Shown piece by piece: positions 1-12,948 of a DNA stretch of 64,000 bases (position 1 is its first letter; each line of letters opens with the position of its first letter). A program made the position numbers and the translations under genes. The notes below the pieces were generated by a model. The model made no database searches. It saw nothing but the letters and a program-made list of their open reading frames with translations, and was not told the origin of the DNA. Source of the DNA: Octopus vulgaris (taxonomy: Eukaryota); the NCBI GenBank assembly GCA_951406725.2, contig OX597814.1:173352001-173416000 (forward strand), given 5' to 3'.

Positions 1-14
1 TATGTATGTATATA

Positions 15-85
15 CAATGGTCTTCTCTCAGTTTCCACTCACAAGGCTTTGGTCAGTCCGAGGCTATAGTAGAAGACACTTGACC
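15..85 (-). mobile_element. SINE family A fragment (body)
   Basis: ccactcacaaggctttggtcagtccgaggctatagtagaagacacttg matches the family-A body seen in about 10 other copies in this window. Confidence 0.75.
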
Positions 86-439
86 ATGAAGAGTTGACAA
101 AAGAAAATCGATAACCGCGATAAGAAATCAATATGCTTTTTTGTATGCAATTACCCATAGAATTAATATTTTATGCTGTAACTTTTACAGAATTCTTCCG
201 ATTTTGATGAAATTTGACATTTAGGTAAAGTTTATGGTCGGAGTCATGTAGTAGAATTAAAATTAAACTGGTGAAAGGCAGAAATTGTCAATATTCACTC
301 AAAATAAAATAATGAACTGATTTTGAAGAAAACTGACCCATGAGTAAAATTAAGCACTTCGACATATGAAACAGCGATTATTCATATAATGTATTGGGAT
401 TTAAAAGTCAATGGGATGTTTTCATGTAAATGGTCATAT

Positions 440-840
440 GGATTCTATTTTATGACATAGCCTTAACGCTTTTCTTTGGATTTTGCTGAGATTAGACACG
501 CTAATCAATTTTGTACAGAGGGTGGCTTCATGAATGATGGTCTCGAACATGCAAGCTCCATTTAGCGGGAACAAATTTTTATCCCAGATGAACAGTTGGT
601 TTCATTTTGTGGTTTCTGTGTGTTGTGTGCGATTATATTTTTAAAATTAGTAGTTGAGCTAAAACTGATTTTTAAGTTATGTCTTTCAAAGAGATTTCTG
701 TAACTATGATATATTGGAAAATATCTATCTATAAGTGCTAAAAAATACTTCGGGGGAGTAAGGGGGTCTTGAGTGACACTTTTATGAGAGTGGCACTTTT
801 GGTTGTGCAATATAAACCTGTATAGTCTTACACCCTGCAT
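440..840 (-). pseudogene. Decayed Penelope-like element: RT-thumb/linker into GIY-YIG endonuclease region
   Basis: ORF 562-840 reads KYFLALIDRYFP...LFERHNLKISFSSTTNFKNIIAHN; after a frameshift the next frame reads PLNGACMFETIIHEATL, resembling the PLE FL.LID.HFP...K.SYS...N...II..HN and CPL.G.C....VY.ATV motifs. Confidence 0.65.
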
Positions 841-1278
841 GAATGGAAGAGAAACTCAAGAGCTTTTCTTAGCGGCATACACCGTCTACCCCATTGTTAT
901 TTAATGGCTCTTCATTATCATGTGTCAATGCATATGTATACATACATACATACTCACATACACACATACGTACGTACTTACATACATGTATACATATATA
1001 CATACATACATACATACACATAAACTTTCCAGAAGTTTATCATTTAAGTATATATGAGCATATCTAGATATGTACGTATGTGCTTGAGAGGACATACATA
1101 AACCAAGACATACAGATCTGCACGTATAATATACATACATATAAAATACCCCATTGGTGATATTGAAATTCCAATGAAGTAGCCTTGAATCTAGGTTAGA
1201 AACTGGTTCTTTCTCTATTGTCTGGAAATCTTGAAATAAAACTGAATAATGACATACATACACACATATACATATATA

Positions 1279-1466
1279 GGTGTAGGAGTGGCTGTGTCGT
1301 AAGTAGCTTGCTAACCAACCACATGGTTCCGGGTTCAGTCCCACTGCGTGGTACCTTGGGCAAGTGTCTTCTAGTATAGCCTCGGGCCAACCAAAGACTT
1401 GTGAGTGGATTTCGTAGACGGAAACTGAAAGAAGCCCGTCGTATGTATATATATATATGTGTGCGT

Positions 1467-1502
<36 letters not shown>

Positions 1503-1698
1503 TTGTCCCCCCCCCCCAACATCACTTGACAACCGACACTGGTGTGTTTACGTCCCGTAACTTAGCAGTTCGGCAAAAGAGAACGATAGAATAAGTATTA
1601 GGCTTACAAAGAATAAGTCCTGGGGTCGATTTGCTCGACTAAAGGCGGTGCTCCAGCATGGCCACAACCAATTGACTGAAACAAGTAAAAGAGTAAAA
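1279..1698 (+). mobile_element. tRNA-derived SINE family A, full length, with internal (TA)n(TG)n tract
   Basis: A box TGGCTGTGTCG, B box GGGTTCAGTCC, CORE-like CCTTGGGCAAGTGTCTT, internal microsatellite, tail GAAACAAGTAAAAGAGTAAAA; multicopy in window. Confidence 0.9.
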
Positions 1699-2123
1699 CA
1701 GTATATGCATACATACATACATATATAAATAGTCTATTGCATGGCTTTGAATGTTAAGTGTGAGCTATTGCACCGTTTCTTGGTGGGCTTTTATTATTTT
1801 GGACACTGTGTCCACTATATACGTACAGATTTTTGCAACGCGATATCTTAAGTCGAGCTTTGAAAAATATACGTATGTATGTGTCTGTGTGTACGTATAT
1901 TTACATCCTCCTATACATACAACCATACATGTATGTATATATGTATGGATGGATGGATGGATGGGTGGGTGGGTGCATGTATGTATATTCCCTCACATCA
2001 CATACACATGGCAAAATGAAGACGTTTATACGTTATAAAGCCATTCATGCAATGTCTATGACTACGTCAGAGTATGAAATAAAAAGAAAGAAAAAAGATG
2101 TAAAAGAAAAGAATAACAACAAC

Positions 2124-2183
<60 letters not shown>

Positions 2184-2587
2184 CGGAAGAAGAAGGATAA
2201 GGAATATATTTGATGTCTGATCAAGCGTAAGAATATCTAAATGAATGCCTCCTTTCTCCCCCTCCCTCTCTCTCTCTCTCTCTTACACACCCCCAGACAC
2301 AGATTTTCTCGTTATATCTTCCGCACTCTATCTATCTCTCCATCTATTTGTGTTTGTCACTCTATCTCCCTCACACTCACTCTCTTTATTTCCCCTCCTC
2401 TCCCTCCTCCTACTATTTTCCACCCCCATCCTCTACTTGAGAACATTTGGATAATATCTCTATGCAGCAGCAATGGCGACTATGAATTTCATGTATGTTG
2501 TTGTCTATGTCAGTATATTTATGAATCAGTAAGTGTGTGTGTGTGTCTATATGCATATATGTGTGTGTGTGTGTGTGTATTTGTGTG

Positions 2588-2618
<31 letters not shown>

Positions 2619-3363
2619 TTGTAAGTGTGTGTATTTGTGTGTGTGTATTTGTGTGTGTGTATGTGTGTGTTTGTGTATTTGTGAGTGTGTGTGTGTTTGT
2701 GTATTTGTGAGTGTGTGTGTGTTTGTGAGTGTGTGTATGTGGGAGCATGTATGTCTGTGTAAGTATACGTGTGTGTGTGTGTGTTCATAGACTACAACGC
2801 ATGCGCGTCGCATTTTTCTATACGCATTGAAATAATGTCACACATATGCATATATGCAACCCAACATAAACACACACAATATACGGGCGCGGGCTCTTGT
2901 GAGAGTGTATTCGTGTGCATGCAAGTGTATACACACATACACACACACGCACACACAAACACACACACACACCTACACATATACACTTACACACATATGC
3001 ACACATATAAGTAGGTAATTTGTGGGTGCGCCTGAGAGTGACACAGACACATCTGTGCAAGACGGAAAGACGGGTGGGAAAGAAATGAAACGAAAGGGAT
3101 ATCAGAAGAGCAGTTTGGAAGAAAGACGTGTAAAGGCAGAAAATAGTCGGCGATGCGTGTGGGCGGTGATTTTGTCGCTAATAAATAGCTTTAATGGTAT
3201 TCACTACTCATTTAACGGGTCACTATCTAAACATGGTGTTTCGTGGGTGACGAAGTGAGGCGGAGCCCTGACAAACACTGGAGGTTAGGTGATGGTGTTT
3301 TATGGCCTGAATCACTGGCCCGTGCATTCTTTTTCTTTGTTTTCTTAGTTTCCAGATTTTTAT

Positions 3364-3396
<33 letters not shown>

Positions 3397-4083
3397 GTTT
3401 GTGTGTCTGAGGCTATTGATTACAGTTTTTGTTTTTGCTGTCGTTCATGGAGTCGTCATTATTATTGCCGTTCATTTTGTGGACGCCATTGCTGCCGTTG
3501 GTCGATGACAGTAAAATAAATAAATTGATAAATATATAAATATATAAATAAATAAATAAATGAGTACTTCAAAAGATGGTGATCAAACGAAAGTGAAGAC
3601 AATAACAGGAAGAACGAGCAGTGTTAACAACGTTGGGTAATGATGACAATGTTGTCTGGGAGACTGGGAAACGAATGCGGACTATGATGAGAACGGCGAT
3701 GACGATGATTTAGTTGGAAATCAGAAACAGGAGAATGAAAATAAAGAAGTAAAGAAGCACCTATAAAGATGCATGTACAATCACACGAAGCCTTGTAGCC
3801 AATTACATTTACATGCACGAATGTATGCGTGCGTGTATAGTGTATATAGGTATATACATCAGTGTATCAATATATAAATATATATAGAGAGAGAGAGAGA
3901 GAAGGACGGAGTGGGAGAATATCTGTGTATACATATGTTTTATTACTTTAAATATATATATATGTATATATCTATATATATTTCGTTTTTGGATTTGGTT
4001 TGCAAGATTCTTGTGTTGAAGCAGATTCTGTTGTGTTAAATAATAAGGCACTAAAAGAGAATGACTCTCCCCAGACACAACAG

Positions 4084-4171
<88 letters not shown>

Positions 4172-4210
4172 GAGAGAGAGAGATAAATAGATAGATATGT
4201 GTATGTATGT

Positions 4211-4850
4211 AGCTCTGTCTGGCCCCGTGTCGGTGGCACGTAAAAGCACCATCCGTTCGTGGCCGTTTGCCAGCTCTGTCTGGCCCCGTGTCGGTGGCAC
4301 GTAAAAGCACCATCCGTCCGTGTCCGTTGCCAGCCTCGGCTGGCCCCCGTGCCGGTGACACGTAAAAGCACCGTCCGCTCGTGGCCGTTTGCCAGCTCTG
4401 TCTGGCAACCGTGTCGGTGGCACGTAAAAGCACCATCCGTTCGCGTCCGTTGCCAGCCTCGGCTGGCCCCCGTGCCGGTGACACGTAAAAGCACCGTCCG
4501 TTCGTGGCCGGTTGCCAGCTCTGTCTAGCCCCGTGTCGGTGGCACGTAAAAGCACCATCCGTTCGTGTCCGTTGCCAGCATCGCCTGGCCCCGTGCCGGT
4601 GACACGTAAAAGCACCATCCGTTCGTGGCCGTTCGCCAGCTCTGTCTGGCACCTGTGCAGGTGGCACGTAAAAAACACCCACTACACTCGCGGAGTGGTT
4701 GGCGTTAGGAAGGGCATCCAGCCGTAGAAACACTGCCAGATCTGACTGGGCCTGACGAAGCCTTCCAGCTTCACAGACCCCAGTTGACCCGTCCAACCCA
4801 TGCTAGCATGGAAAGCGGACGCTAAACGATGATGATGATGACGATGATGA
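4211..4850 (+). mobile_element. Retroposon 3' portion with about 7.7 tandem 60-62 bp units, then a unique tail ending in (GAT)n
   Basis: Units AGCTCTGTCTGGCCCCGTGTCGGTGGCACGTAAAAGCACC... at 4211-4680, then GGCGTTAGGAAGGGCATCCAGCCG...CAACCCATGCTAGCATGGAAAGCGGACGCTAAACGATGATGAT (RTE-like tail, inferred). Confidence 0.75.
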
Positions 4851-4894
4851 TATATACATACATACACACACACACATACACACACATATCGTTT

Positions 4895-5145
4895 TTTGTT
4901 TTATTTGTTTCAGTCATTAGATTGGGGTCATGCTGGGTCTCTACCATGATTTTTTTTTTCTTAGTCGGATGAAACGACTCCACTACTTCATTTTTAAGCT
5001 TGATAGTTATTCTATCGTGTCCTTTTGCCGAACTGTTAAGTTACGGGGACACACCAACACCGGTGATGGTAAACACACCAACACTGGTGATGGGGGAGAT
5101 AAACACAAACACAAAGTGACATACACACATGTATACACACACACG

Positions 5146-5186
<41 letters not shown>

Positions 5187-5335
5187 GACGGGCTTCTTTC
5201 AGTTTCCGTCTACCAAATACACTCACAAGGCTTTTGTCTGCGAGAGGCTATAGTAGAAGATACTTGTCCAATGTATCATGCAATGGAACTGAACCCGGAG
5301 CCACGTAATTGGGAAGCAAACATCTTACCTTAGCC
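4895..5335 (-). mobile_element. SINE family A, diverged full-length copy
   Basis: Reverse complement aligns to the 1279-1698 copy, including the internal microsatellite. Confidence 0.85.
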
Positions 5336-5367
5336 TATATGTATGTGTTTGTGTGTGTGTGTGTGTG

Positions 5368-5368
<1 letters not shown>

Positions 5369-5448
<80 letters not shown>

Positions 5449-5449
5449 G

Positions 5450-5540
<91 letters not shown>
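5369..5540. repeat. (GATA)n microsatellite
   Basis: Near-perfect tetranucleotide run. Confidence 0.98.
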
Positions 5541-5541
<1 letters not shown>

Positions 5542-5681
5542 TCATAGGCTTTAATTACAAATTACATTTGTTTATGTGCCGTGGTACAAAGATTTAAGAT
5601 GCTGAGTTTTAAGATTATTTTTAAAATAACTTTCAAAGCAACGGCAAAATACGAACCAGTCACAATAATTGACATAATGAA

Positions 5682-6036
5682 GTCGGCGAGCTGGCAGAAA
5701 CGTCAGCACGCCGGGCGAAATGCTTAGCGCTATTTCGTCTGCCGCTACGTTCTGAGTTCAAATTCCGCCGCGATCATCCTTTTTGGGGTCGATATAATCG
5801 ACTTAGTCCGTTTGTCTGTCCTTGTTTGTCCTCTCTGTGCTCAGCCCCTTGTGGGTAGTAGAGAAATAGGTATTTCGTCTGTCTTTACGTTCTCAGTTGA
5901 AATTCCGACGAGGTCGACTTTGCTTTTCATCTTTTCGGGATCGATAAATTAAGTACCAGTTGCGTACTGGGGTCAATTTAATCGACTGGTCCCCTCCCCC
6001 AAAATTTGAAGCCTTGTGCCTAGAGTAGAAAAGAAT
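5682..6036 (+). mobile_element. tRNA-derived SINE family B with partially duplicated body
   Basis: Head GGCGAGCTGGCAGAAACGTCAGCACGCCGGGCGAAATGC, B box GAGTTCAAATTCC, body TTTCATC.TTTCGGG.TCGATAAATTAAGTACCAG; second partial unit from about 5869. Confidence 0.85.
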
Positions 6037-6136
6037 AATTGATGTAATGAAATATAGCACATAGCTAATATACAAGCAGCTAATGAGTTAATAGAATGAA
6101 AGTCCTCAATAACTATATATATGTGTGTTGTTGTGA

Positions 6137-6243
6137 AGGTGCGTGGCTCAGTGGCTAGAGCGTAGAGCTTACGATCGTAAGGTTGTGAGTTCGAATCCCG
6201 GACCGGGCTGCTTGTTGTGTTCTTGAGCAAGACACTTTATTGC
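6137..6243 (+). mobile_element. tRNA-derived SINE family D head (3'-truncated)
   Basis: A box TGGCTCAGTGG, B box GAGTTCGAATCC, then GTGTTCTTGAGCAAGACACTTTA as in the 17700-18008 copy. Confidence 0.8.
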
Positions 6244-6249
6244 TTATTT

Positions 6250-6510
6250 GTGTATGTCTCCCCATGCTTATATTTTGCTTATCTAGACATTCTCATATAT
6301 ACTTAAATGATAAAATTCTGGAACGTTTTACAAATTCTTACAGTTCCAGTGTTGTCTTGGATCCATAGTCTTCGAACCAGCTTTGTCGTTTCTGGTTTTG
6401 AGTAGCCTAATTTCTCAAGATTGGTATTCAGGAAGTGCGTATATATGTCATTTAATTTTACTTCAAGGTTTTTAGCTAATAGAGTAAAAGCCAGTTTCTC
6501 ACCTAGATCC
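6250..6510 (-). mobile_element. 3' end fragment of an RLE-type (R4/Dong-like) non-LTR retrotransposon
   Basis: LEKLGYSKPETTKLVRRLWIQDNTGTVRICKTFQNF resembles the C-terminus of RLE-clade ORFs. Confidence 0.5.
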
Positions 6511-7629
6511 AAAGCTCCTTCATTAGAATTTCAACATTAACAACGGGGTAATTTTGCATGCATGTATGCATGTACGTTTGCATGTATGTATGTATGTATG
6601 TATGTATGTATGTATGTATGTATGTATGTATGTATGTATGTATGTATGCATGTATGTATATATGTATGTATGTATGAATGTATGTATGTATGTATGTATG
6701 TAGTATGTATGTTTGTATTTATGTATGTATGTATACGTGCAGATTTGTATGTTTTGCTTTGTGTGTGTATGTATGTATGTATGTATGTATGAATGGTTGT
6801 ATGAAGAGAGACAGACACAGGGTCAGACATTGATGTGTTTGTAGTACGAAGAACGAACAAATATAGTAAACAAAAACAAAATGAAATAAACATGGCATCA
6901 ATGAACTAAAACTATTTTATTTTCAATTTTCTCGTTCTACTGCAACAATATTTATGAAATATTAAAACAATGTGACACTAGAACAGAAAAATATAATAAC
7001 AGAAATAACAGAAATATTTTAAGACAAATTTTATTCTCTGACTGAAATTGTTTGGAACAAAGTTTATATGTTAGAAGTTTCAGAAGTGTTAAATTTGAAA
7101 AGAAAATGTAATTAGAAACACAAGAATTTTGAAATAGCTTCACGACTACTTTGGGATTTAACCAAAAATTCACAGACACTAAATTTTGGAAAGAAATGCT
7201 CTTATGCTTGTTATGTTTTGAAAATATATTTTTCGTTTCTTTGGGGGTTTTTTTCCTGACTCATTCGATATTTATATTGTGTTTCCAATTCAAAATTTAA
7301 CACATGTTTACTTACATACACACTTATATAAAAACTTTATTCAAATATGTATATATTTATGTATGTATTTGTTTGTGTATGTGTGTTTGTGTGTTCATTA
7401 GTTAGGTTTGATGATACTTTAAAGTTTGTTATACGTGAAGTATATTACCACTCTTTATCGCTGTCTCAATGTCTCTGTCTGCCTTTCATTTTCTCTCACC
7501 CTCTTATCCTCTCATTATTATGTAAAAGGTGGAAGCGGATTGAAAGAGTCTGGTCGATATACTCATAAAACATAAAATAGATACCTTTATCTAATTGTCT
7601 AATTGTTACATTATACATACATACGTACA

Positions 7630-8110
7630 TGCTATGACTAAAGCCAGAATAACAAAACAGTACTATTGTAGACACTGAAAAATATAGAACTCAGAGCTGT
7701 CTGCATTTAATAAGACCATATCTCACAATGCATTTTCAGTGCTAGTACCAACATTTGGGGTATTGGACTGCACACTTGACGAGACCTGCAGCCAGGACAT
7801 CAAAACTTGCAACATACTCACCACCACTGGCAACACCCACATTAACAGCGACACCGATAGGATCTATGTGAGACGAAGTGATGGTGGCAGAGGCGTAAGG
7901 TTAGTCCAAACAGTCTTTGAATATCACATTGTATTACTCAGGCAACACCTGCTGAAAAGTATATAAAGAAATATGTATATTCTATGTATGCTCAAAAGTG
8001 AAAAGCAACAATATCTTCAGGGCTACTGTGCAGGTACCCTGAGAATACAACTGTCTCATGTGATTCTAGGGAAGCTGGACTGGCCTAGCAAAACAGAACC
8101 ATGGAAGAGA
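7630..8110 (+). pseudogene. R4/Dong-like retrotransposon RT-thumb fragment
   Basis: NKTISHNAFSVLVPTFGVLDCTLDE...DIKT.NILT.TGN.HINSDTDRIYVRRSDGGRG matches the RLY..R..GGRG motif region of RLE-clade RTs. Confidence 0.75.
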
Positions 8111-8232
8111 AGCTGGCATCATACCATTGTTTACCTCAGTCGGATTTGAGCTCAGGGCTCAGAGAGCCAGAAAAAAATATGCTATAAAGACTGTCAGCTC
8201 GTGCGTGTATATAAGTATATATTTGGTGCGTT

Positions 8233-8298
<66 letters not shown>

Positions 8299-9061
8299 AC
8301 TCCCTCTCTCTCTCTCTCTCTATCTATATGTATATATATATATATACATATATGTGTATATATATACACACACACAAACATTTACAAACAAAATATTCAG
8401 AAAGAGGGTCGAGTTTAAATGTCCTATTTGGTTTTTTAATGAATGTATCTATCTATATATAGTTGTGTATGCGCATGTATGTATGCAAGTATGTATGTTT
8501 GTATGTATGTATGTATGTATGTATGTATGTATGTATGTATGTATGTATGTATGTATGCATGCATGTATGTATGTATGTATGTATCCTGTTTGGACGCATG
8601 CTTTACGAATTAGATAAAATTTCGGTTGAATGAAAACAGTAACGTCTGCACCGAAGGTTGAAAACCTTTTGGTCTCATCTAAATTAGACAATTAGCCCAA
8701 CTGTCTCCACCACCACCGCATCCACCACCAACCACTAATACTAACACCATCACCATCAACAACACCATCAGCACAAGCCTCAAATACACCATCACGACAA
8801 TTACTACGCAATCATCGCGGCTCACTAATTCCTATAATGTCATGGCGGTGTTTAAAGGAACGAAAGAGAAAAGAAGACAGCGAGAGAGAAAGAGAGGAAG
8901 AGATAGAGAGAGGTGTACGGAATGACAACTGCTATCGGTTCACTTATAATAATGGCCGGAAGGGAGAGACTGGAAATCAAACCAAACAGTTACAAAAAAC
9001 TAAAGTGGTACCAGTTGTTAATTTTTACCTTTCAAGTGAAAATTGCTCGCAGCAATTTGGC

Positions 9062-9342
<281 letters not shown>

Positions 9343-10664
9343 GTATGTATGTATGTATGTATGTATGCATTCATGCATGTACGCATATGTATATATGGGA
9401 AGAGTTTTCCATTTATTCATGATTTTTAAATAGACGACTATGTTTACGTTTAATCTTTTCTATTTTAGATTTTTCGCATTTTCGTTTTTCACTCTAAGCT
9501 TGAAACAAAATAAAGGTACAAAAGTCATATTTGACGTGTCCACATTTTCGCAGATTGAATTTAAAGAATTAAGTACATGTGGCGTCTGTGTTGTTTGTTA
9601 TATACTGGTTGAACTCTCGTAAGGTTTTCCCCGCCAATGGCGTTTTAACCGTTAGCTTCATGCATAATCAGTCACGTGTTGGGTTTCATTCTCATCGCGG
9701 TCAAATTTTGACCATTATGATGCTTTCATTTTCTTTTTTTTATGTCAGTAAGCAGATGTTTATTTCTTGTTAATTTTTGCTTTGTATGTGATATGAGTAT
9801 GGTTTCCATAATTAATACTCCTTCTTTGGACTTTTCAAAATTAAGTGGTCTCTTCTCTTGTATTTTCTTATGAAATTTTGTTTTGTGATATGTGATGTAA
9901 TATATTGCTATAACGCCATTTTCAAAATGTATGATGCAACTACTAGATAGCGTTGTGCTTGTTTGTTCAATGTAAAAGCTAGGTTCCTGGAGTTTCTAAC
10001 ATTTAGTTTCATTGTCAAAATCATAAATCACACTGATCATCTGCACTTTGATTTCGGGCTTACATGCTTGTGGAATGTAATTGATAAAGAGATGTTTTAG
10101 TTTTGTAGTTTTTATCGTACGTTATTGGTTAAGTGTATGGTTGGATGTGAGACAATTTGAATCAGTTTTACGGGGGGGGGTTAATAATATGCTCATCTAT
10201 TCGATAGTGTTTGTACATTTGGTACATGTAATAGAATTTATGTGTGGTTTCTGTATTTCCTTTAGGTGTTTTCTCTGATATATATATTGTCTTGTATTTG
10301 TTTTCATCTTCTTATTTACCTTGATTCATTAGTCTATTAGAATGTACATTTTAATTCAAGTTTGTTTAATTCTATATATTTCTTCCTCTAATGCAGTGTT
10401 TCTCAGACGGGGCCCATATAATCCCAGGGGCTTCATATAAAATTTTTGGAGATTCACAGAAGCAAAATAGTAAATTGGGGATCCACAGCAGTATATTAAG
10501 TGTCCATGAAAAACTTATACTTTAGATGTATTTATCGCAAGAAGCAGCTAGGTTTCTATCGCAAATGTTTTACGAAGTTCAAGTTACGCAAGTGATTGAG
10601 TGAATAGAAAATAGGAATTTTTATGGAGGCGCAGAGGTGGCTGTGTGGTAAGTAGCTTGCTTAC

Positions 10665-12749
10665 TTCCGGTTACCCAGAATGCAACACTAGTTGGTCTGG
10701 ACTGTTACAGTGACAAGATGTGAGTTTGTTTGGGCTCCGTGAATAGAAAAAAGAACAAAAAGAAAAATTGTCAATTATGGCTCGCTATAGCGAGCAAAAT
10801 ACTGGGTTCTCATCACCGTAACGGTGAATTGAGAAATTTTGCTTGAAAATTCTTTTTGTAAATTCTAGTGGGCGTATCTCGCCAGAAAAAGTACAATTTT
10901 TCCGAATAAGCCATTTGGATTACCTTTTTGGATAACCTTTTTGGAGTATTATACAAAGGATTCTCTGTCTATGCTATTTGTGAGGTTTTTCTTTTACTTT
11001 TCCCTTCTTCTATTTTTTCTTTCTTTCTAAATTTTGGTTCATTCTTTTCATTACTTTAATTTCAGTTTCCTTTCCTCCTCTTTTATTTTGTTTTATTTTT
11101 ATTCGGTTTAATTTTTTGGCAGACTGTCTTTTGAACTACTTTTGAACTGTTTTTTAACATGGCAGAGAAGGAACTTAAAAAGAAAAACTCTGTCTTAGAG
11201 TGGGAAATTAACCCGCATAAGCAGTGGTTAAAAGATATGGAGGAGAAGACGATGGTGCTTAGAACTTATTCTAAAGTTCTTAATTCCATCACCGTCTTCC
11301 CAAAACAAGTTATAAAAAATGAACTTAAGATTATTTGTCCTCTTTAAAATATATATCCCGTGGTGTCAAACATGCAACCGTATGGTTGCTGTTTGACAAC
11401 GGGGAAAAGGCTCGCCAGTTTGCGAGTCAGCCTTTAGAAGGCAAGGAAATTCTGTTCCTTCCGTCAGATTGCGGGAGGAAATTAATAAGAACCTGGGTAT
11501 GTGGGTTACCCCCAGGCACCGAAGCGGATTAGATTGAAGAAACTATCCGACGGGGACTGGGGGATGGCGGGCCCAGGCTCTTAAATGTAAGGGTATTGCC
11601 GGCGGTCGATTGGGAAGGGTCAAAAGCGATTTTGACCCTGTGGAACCCATCGGCCGCAACAGATCTGGTTTTTCCAGATTTCTTGAAAATGGCTGGCTGC
11701 AGGTATCCGGTGATACTTGAGGGACGTCCCCCAAGTGTCACTCATGCCTGCAGCCAGCCCACATTAAAAGGAACTGCCCCCAGGACCATGGTAAGGTCCT
11801 GGAACAGTCACTAGATGCCACCTTCCCTACCCGGTCAAAGGGAGAGGTGGATGTGGTCGAGGAGGTTTCAGCCTCCTCAACTCAAAAAGGATTAAAAAGG
11901 AAGAATGCGGGCAACAATAGTTGTCCGTCGAAGGAACCTATGGCTTCGAGAGGCGAGGGAGAGTCTCCGGACAAAGCGGAAGAGCTCCACTCTCCCGAAG
12001 TCAGGAAGAAAATTAAAAAAAGAAGGAAGAAGAACGGGTCATCTTAGCGGGGAGATGATGTGCCGTCTGTATGTCCCGAAGTTGTACCACCCACAGTGGA
12101 AGAAACCACCCCCACTCTTAAAGATGATCAATGAATTACCTTTTTCTATAAGGGCGGAGAGGTGGAAAAAGTAGTAGAAGAACATAAAGAGACAGTAGAT
12201 ATGCCATTCACACGGGATCCCGAATGGCCTCCGCAGATAGCTGTAGAGGTCATAAGCTTTCCCTAGTGGGAAAGGCTTAAAGGATTTGGGGAGGAGTGTC
12301 GCATATGGCCGTGTAGCCCTTACACGACTTACATGTCCTACATGAGTGAGGCATGGGAACTGGCGGGATACAGGAACTCAAGCGGCATTGAAGATAATCA
12401 TGAATATATCGATGGATATATCGAAGAGTAGGAGTTGAAATACCCTCGTTATAGGGTTTGAGACCTCATCTTATTGTATTATTTGTAGTGGTTTATAACC
12501 TCAATTGTGTGTTTTAAAAAAAACATGTTAACTAAGAGGTTTTAGTGCCTCCTTCTTGTAAGAAGTTTGAAACCTCATATTGATTTTTTAAAAAAAGAAA
12601 ATATGTTTTCGAGAAAAATCCAATCGGTTGGTGTTGGGTTTCGTCTCTCATTTATTAATTCTATTTCATTTTCATTCATTAATGTGTTTGTCCAGCCCGC
12701 AAAGCTACACACCCTTTGTACTGCCTATGATGACAAATTTTATGAAATA
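10665..12749 (+). mobile_element. ORF1-only (HAL1-like) L1/Tx1-type non-autonomous retroposon
   Basis: Flanked by TSD AAGTAGCTTGCTTA(C/A) at 10650-10664 and 12750-12764; about 500-bp 5' UTR, disrupted ORF1, 3' end ...GACAAATTTTATGAAATA; no RT or endonuclease sequence. Confidence 0.8.
11159..12431 (+). pseudogene. Disrupted gag-like ORF1 with CCHC zinc knuckle
   Basis: Frameshifted ORF pieces from MAEKELKKK; YPVILEGRPP is followed in another frame by CHSCLQPAHIKRNC (11736-11777, CX2CX4HX4C), then a K/R-rich segment. Confidence 0.8.
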
Positions 12750-12906
12750 AAGTAGCTTGCTTAACAACCACATGGTTCCGGGTTCAGTCCCACTGCGTGG
12801 CAGCTTGGGCAAGTGTCTTCTACTATAGCCTCGGGCCGACCAAAGCCTTGTGAGTGGATTTTGTAGACAGAAATTAAAAGAAGCCTTTCGTATATATGTA
12901 TATGTA

Positions 12907-12948
<42 letters not shown>

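Noticed and set aside
4211-4680. CRISPR-like array of repeats
   Set aside because: Units are contiguous near-identical tandem repeats without unique spacers; no cas genes; eukaryotic context
4752-4780. CTGACGA followed by an AGC..GCT stem as a hammerhead
   Set aside because: No GAAA or stem I/III after stem II
3809-4796. 270-290 aa repetitive ORFs
   Set aside because: Produced by the 61-bp tandem repeat, open in several frames and running into microsatellite
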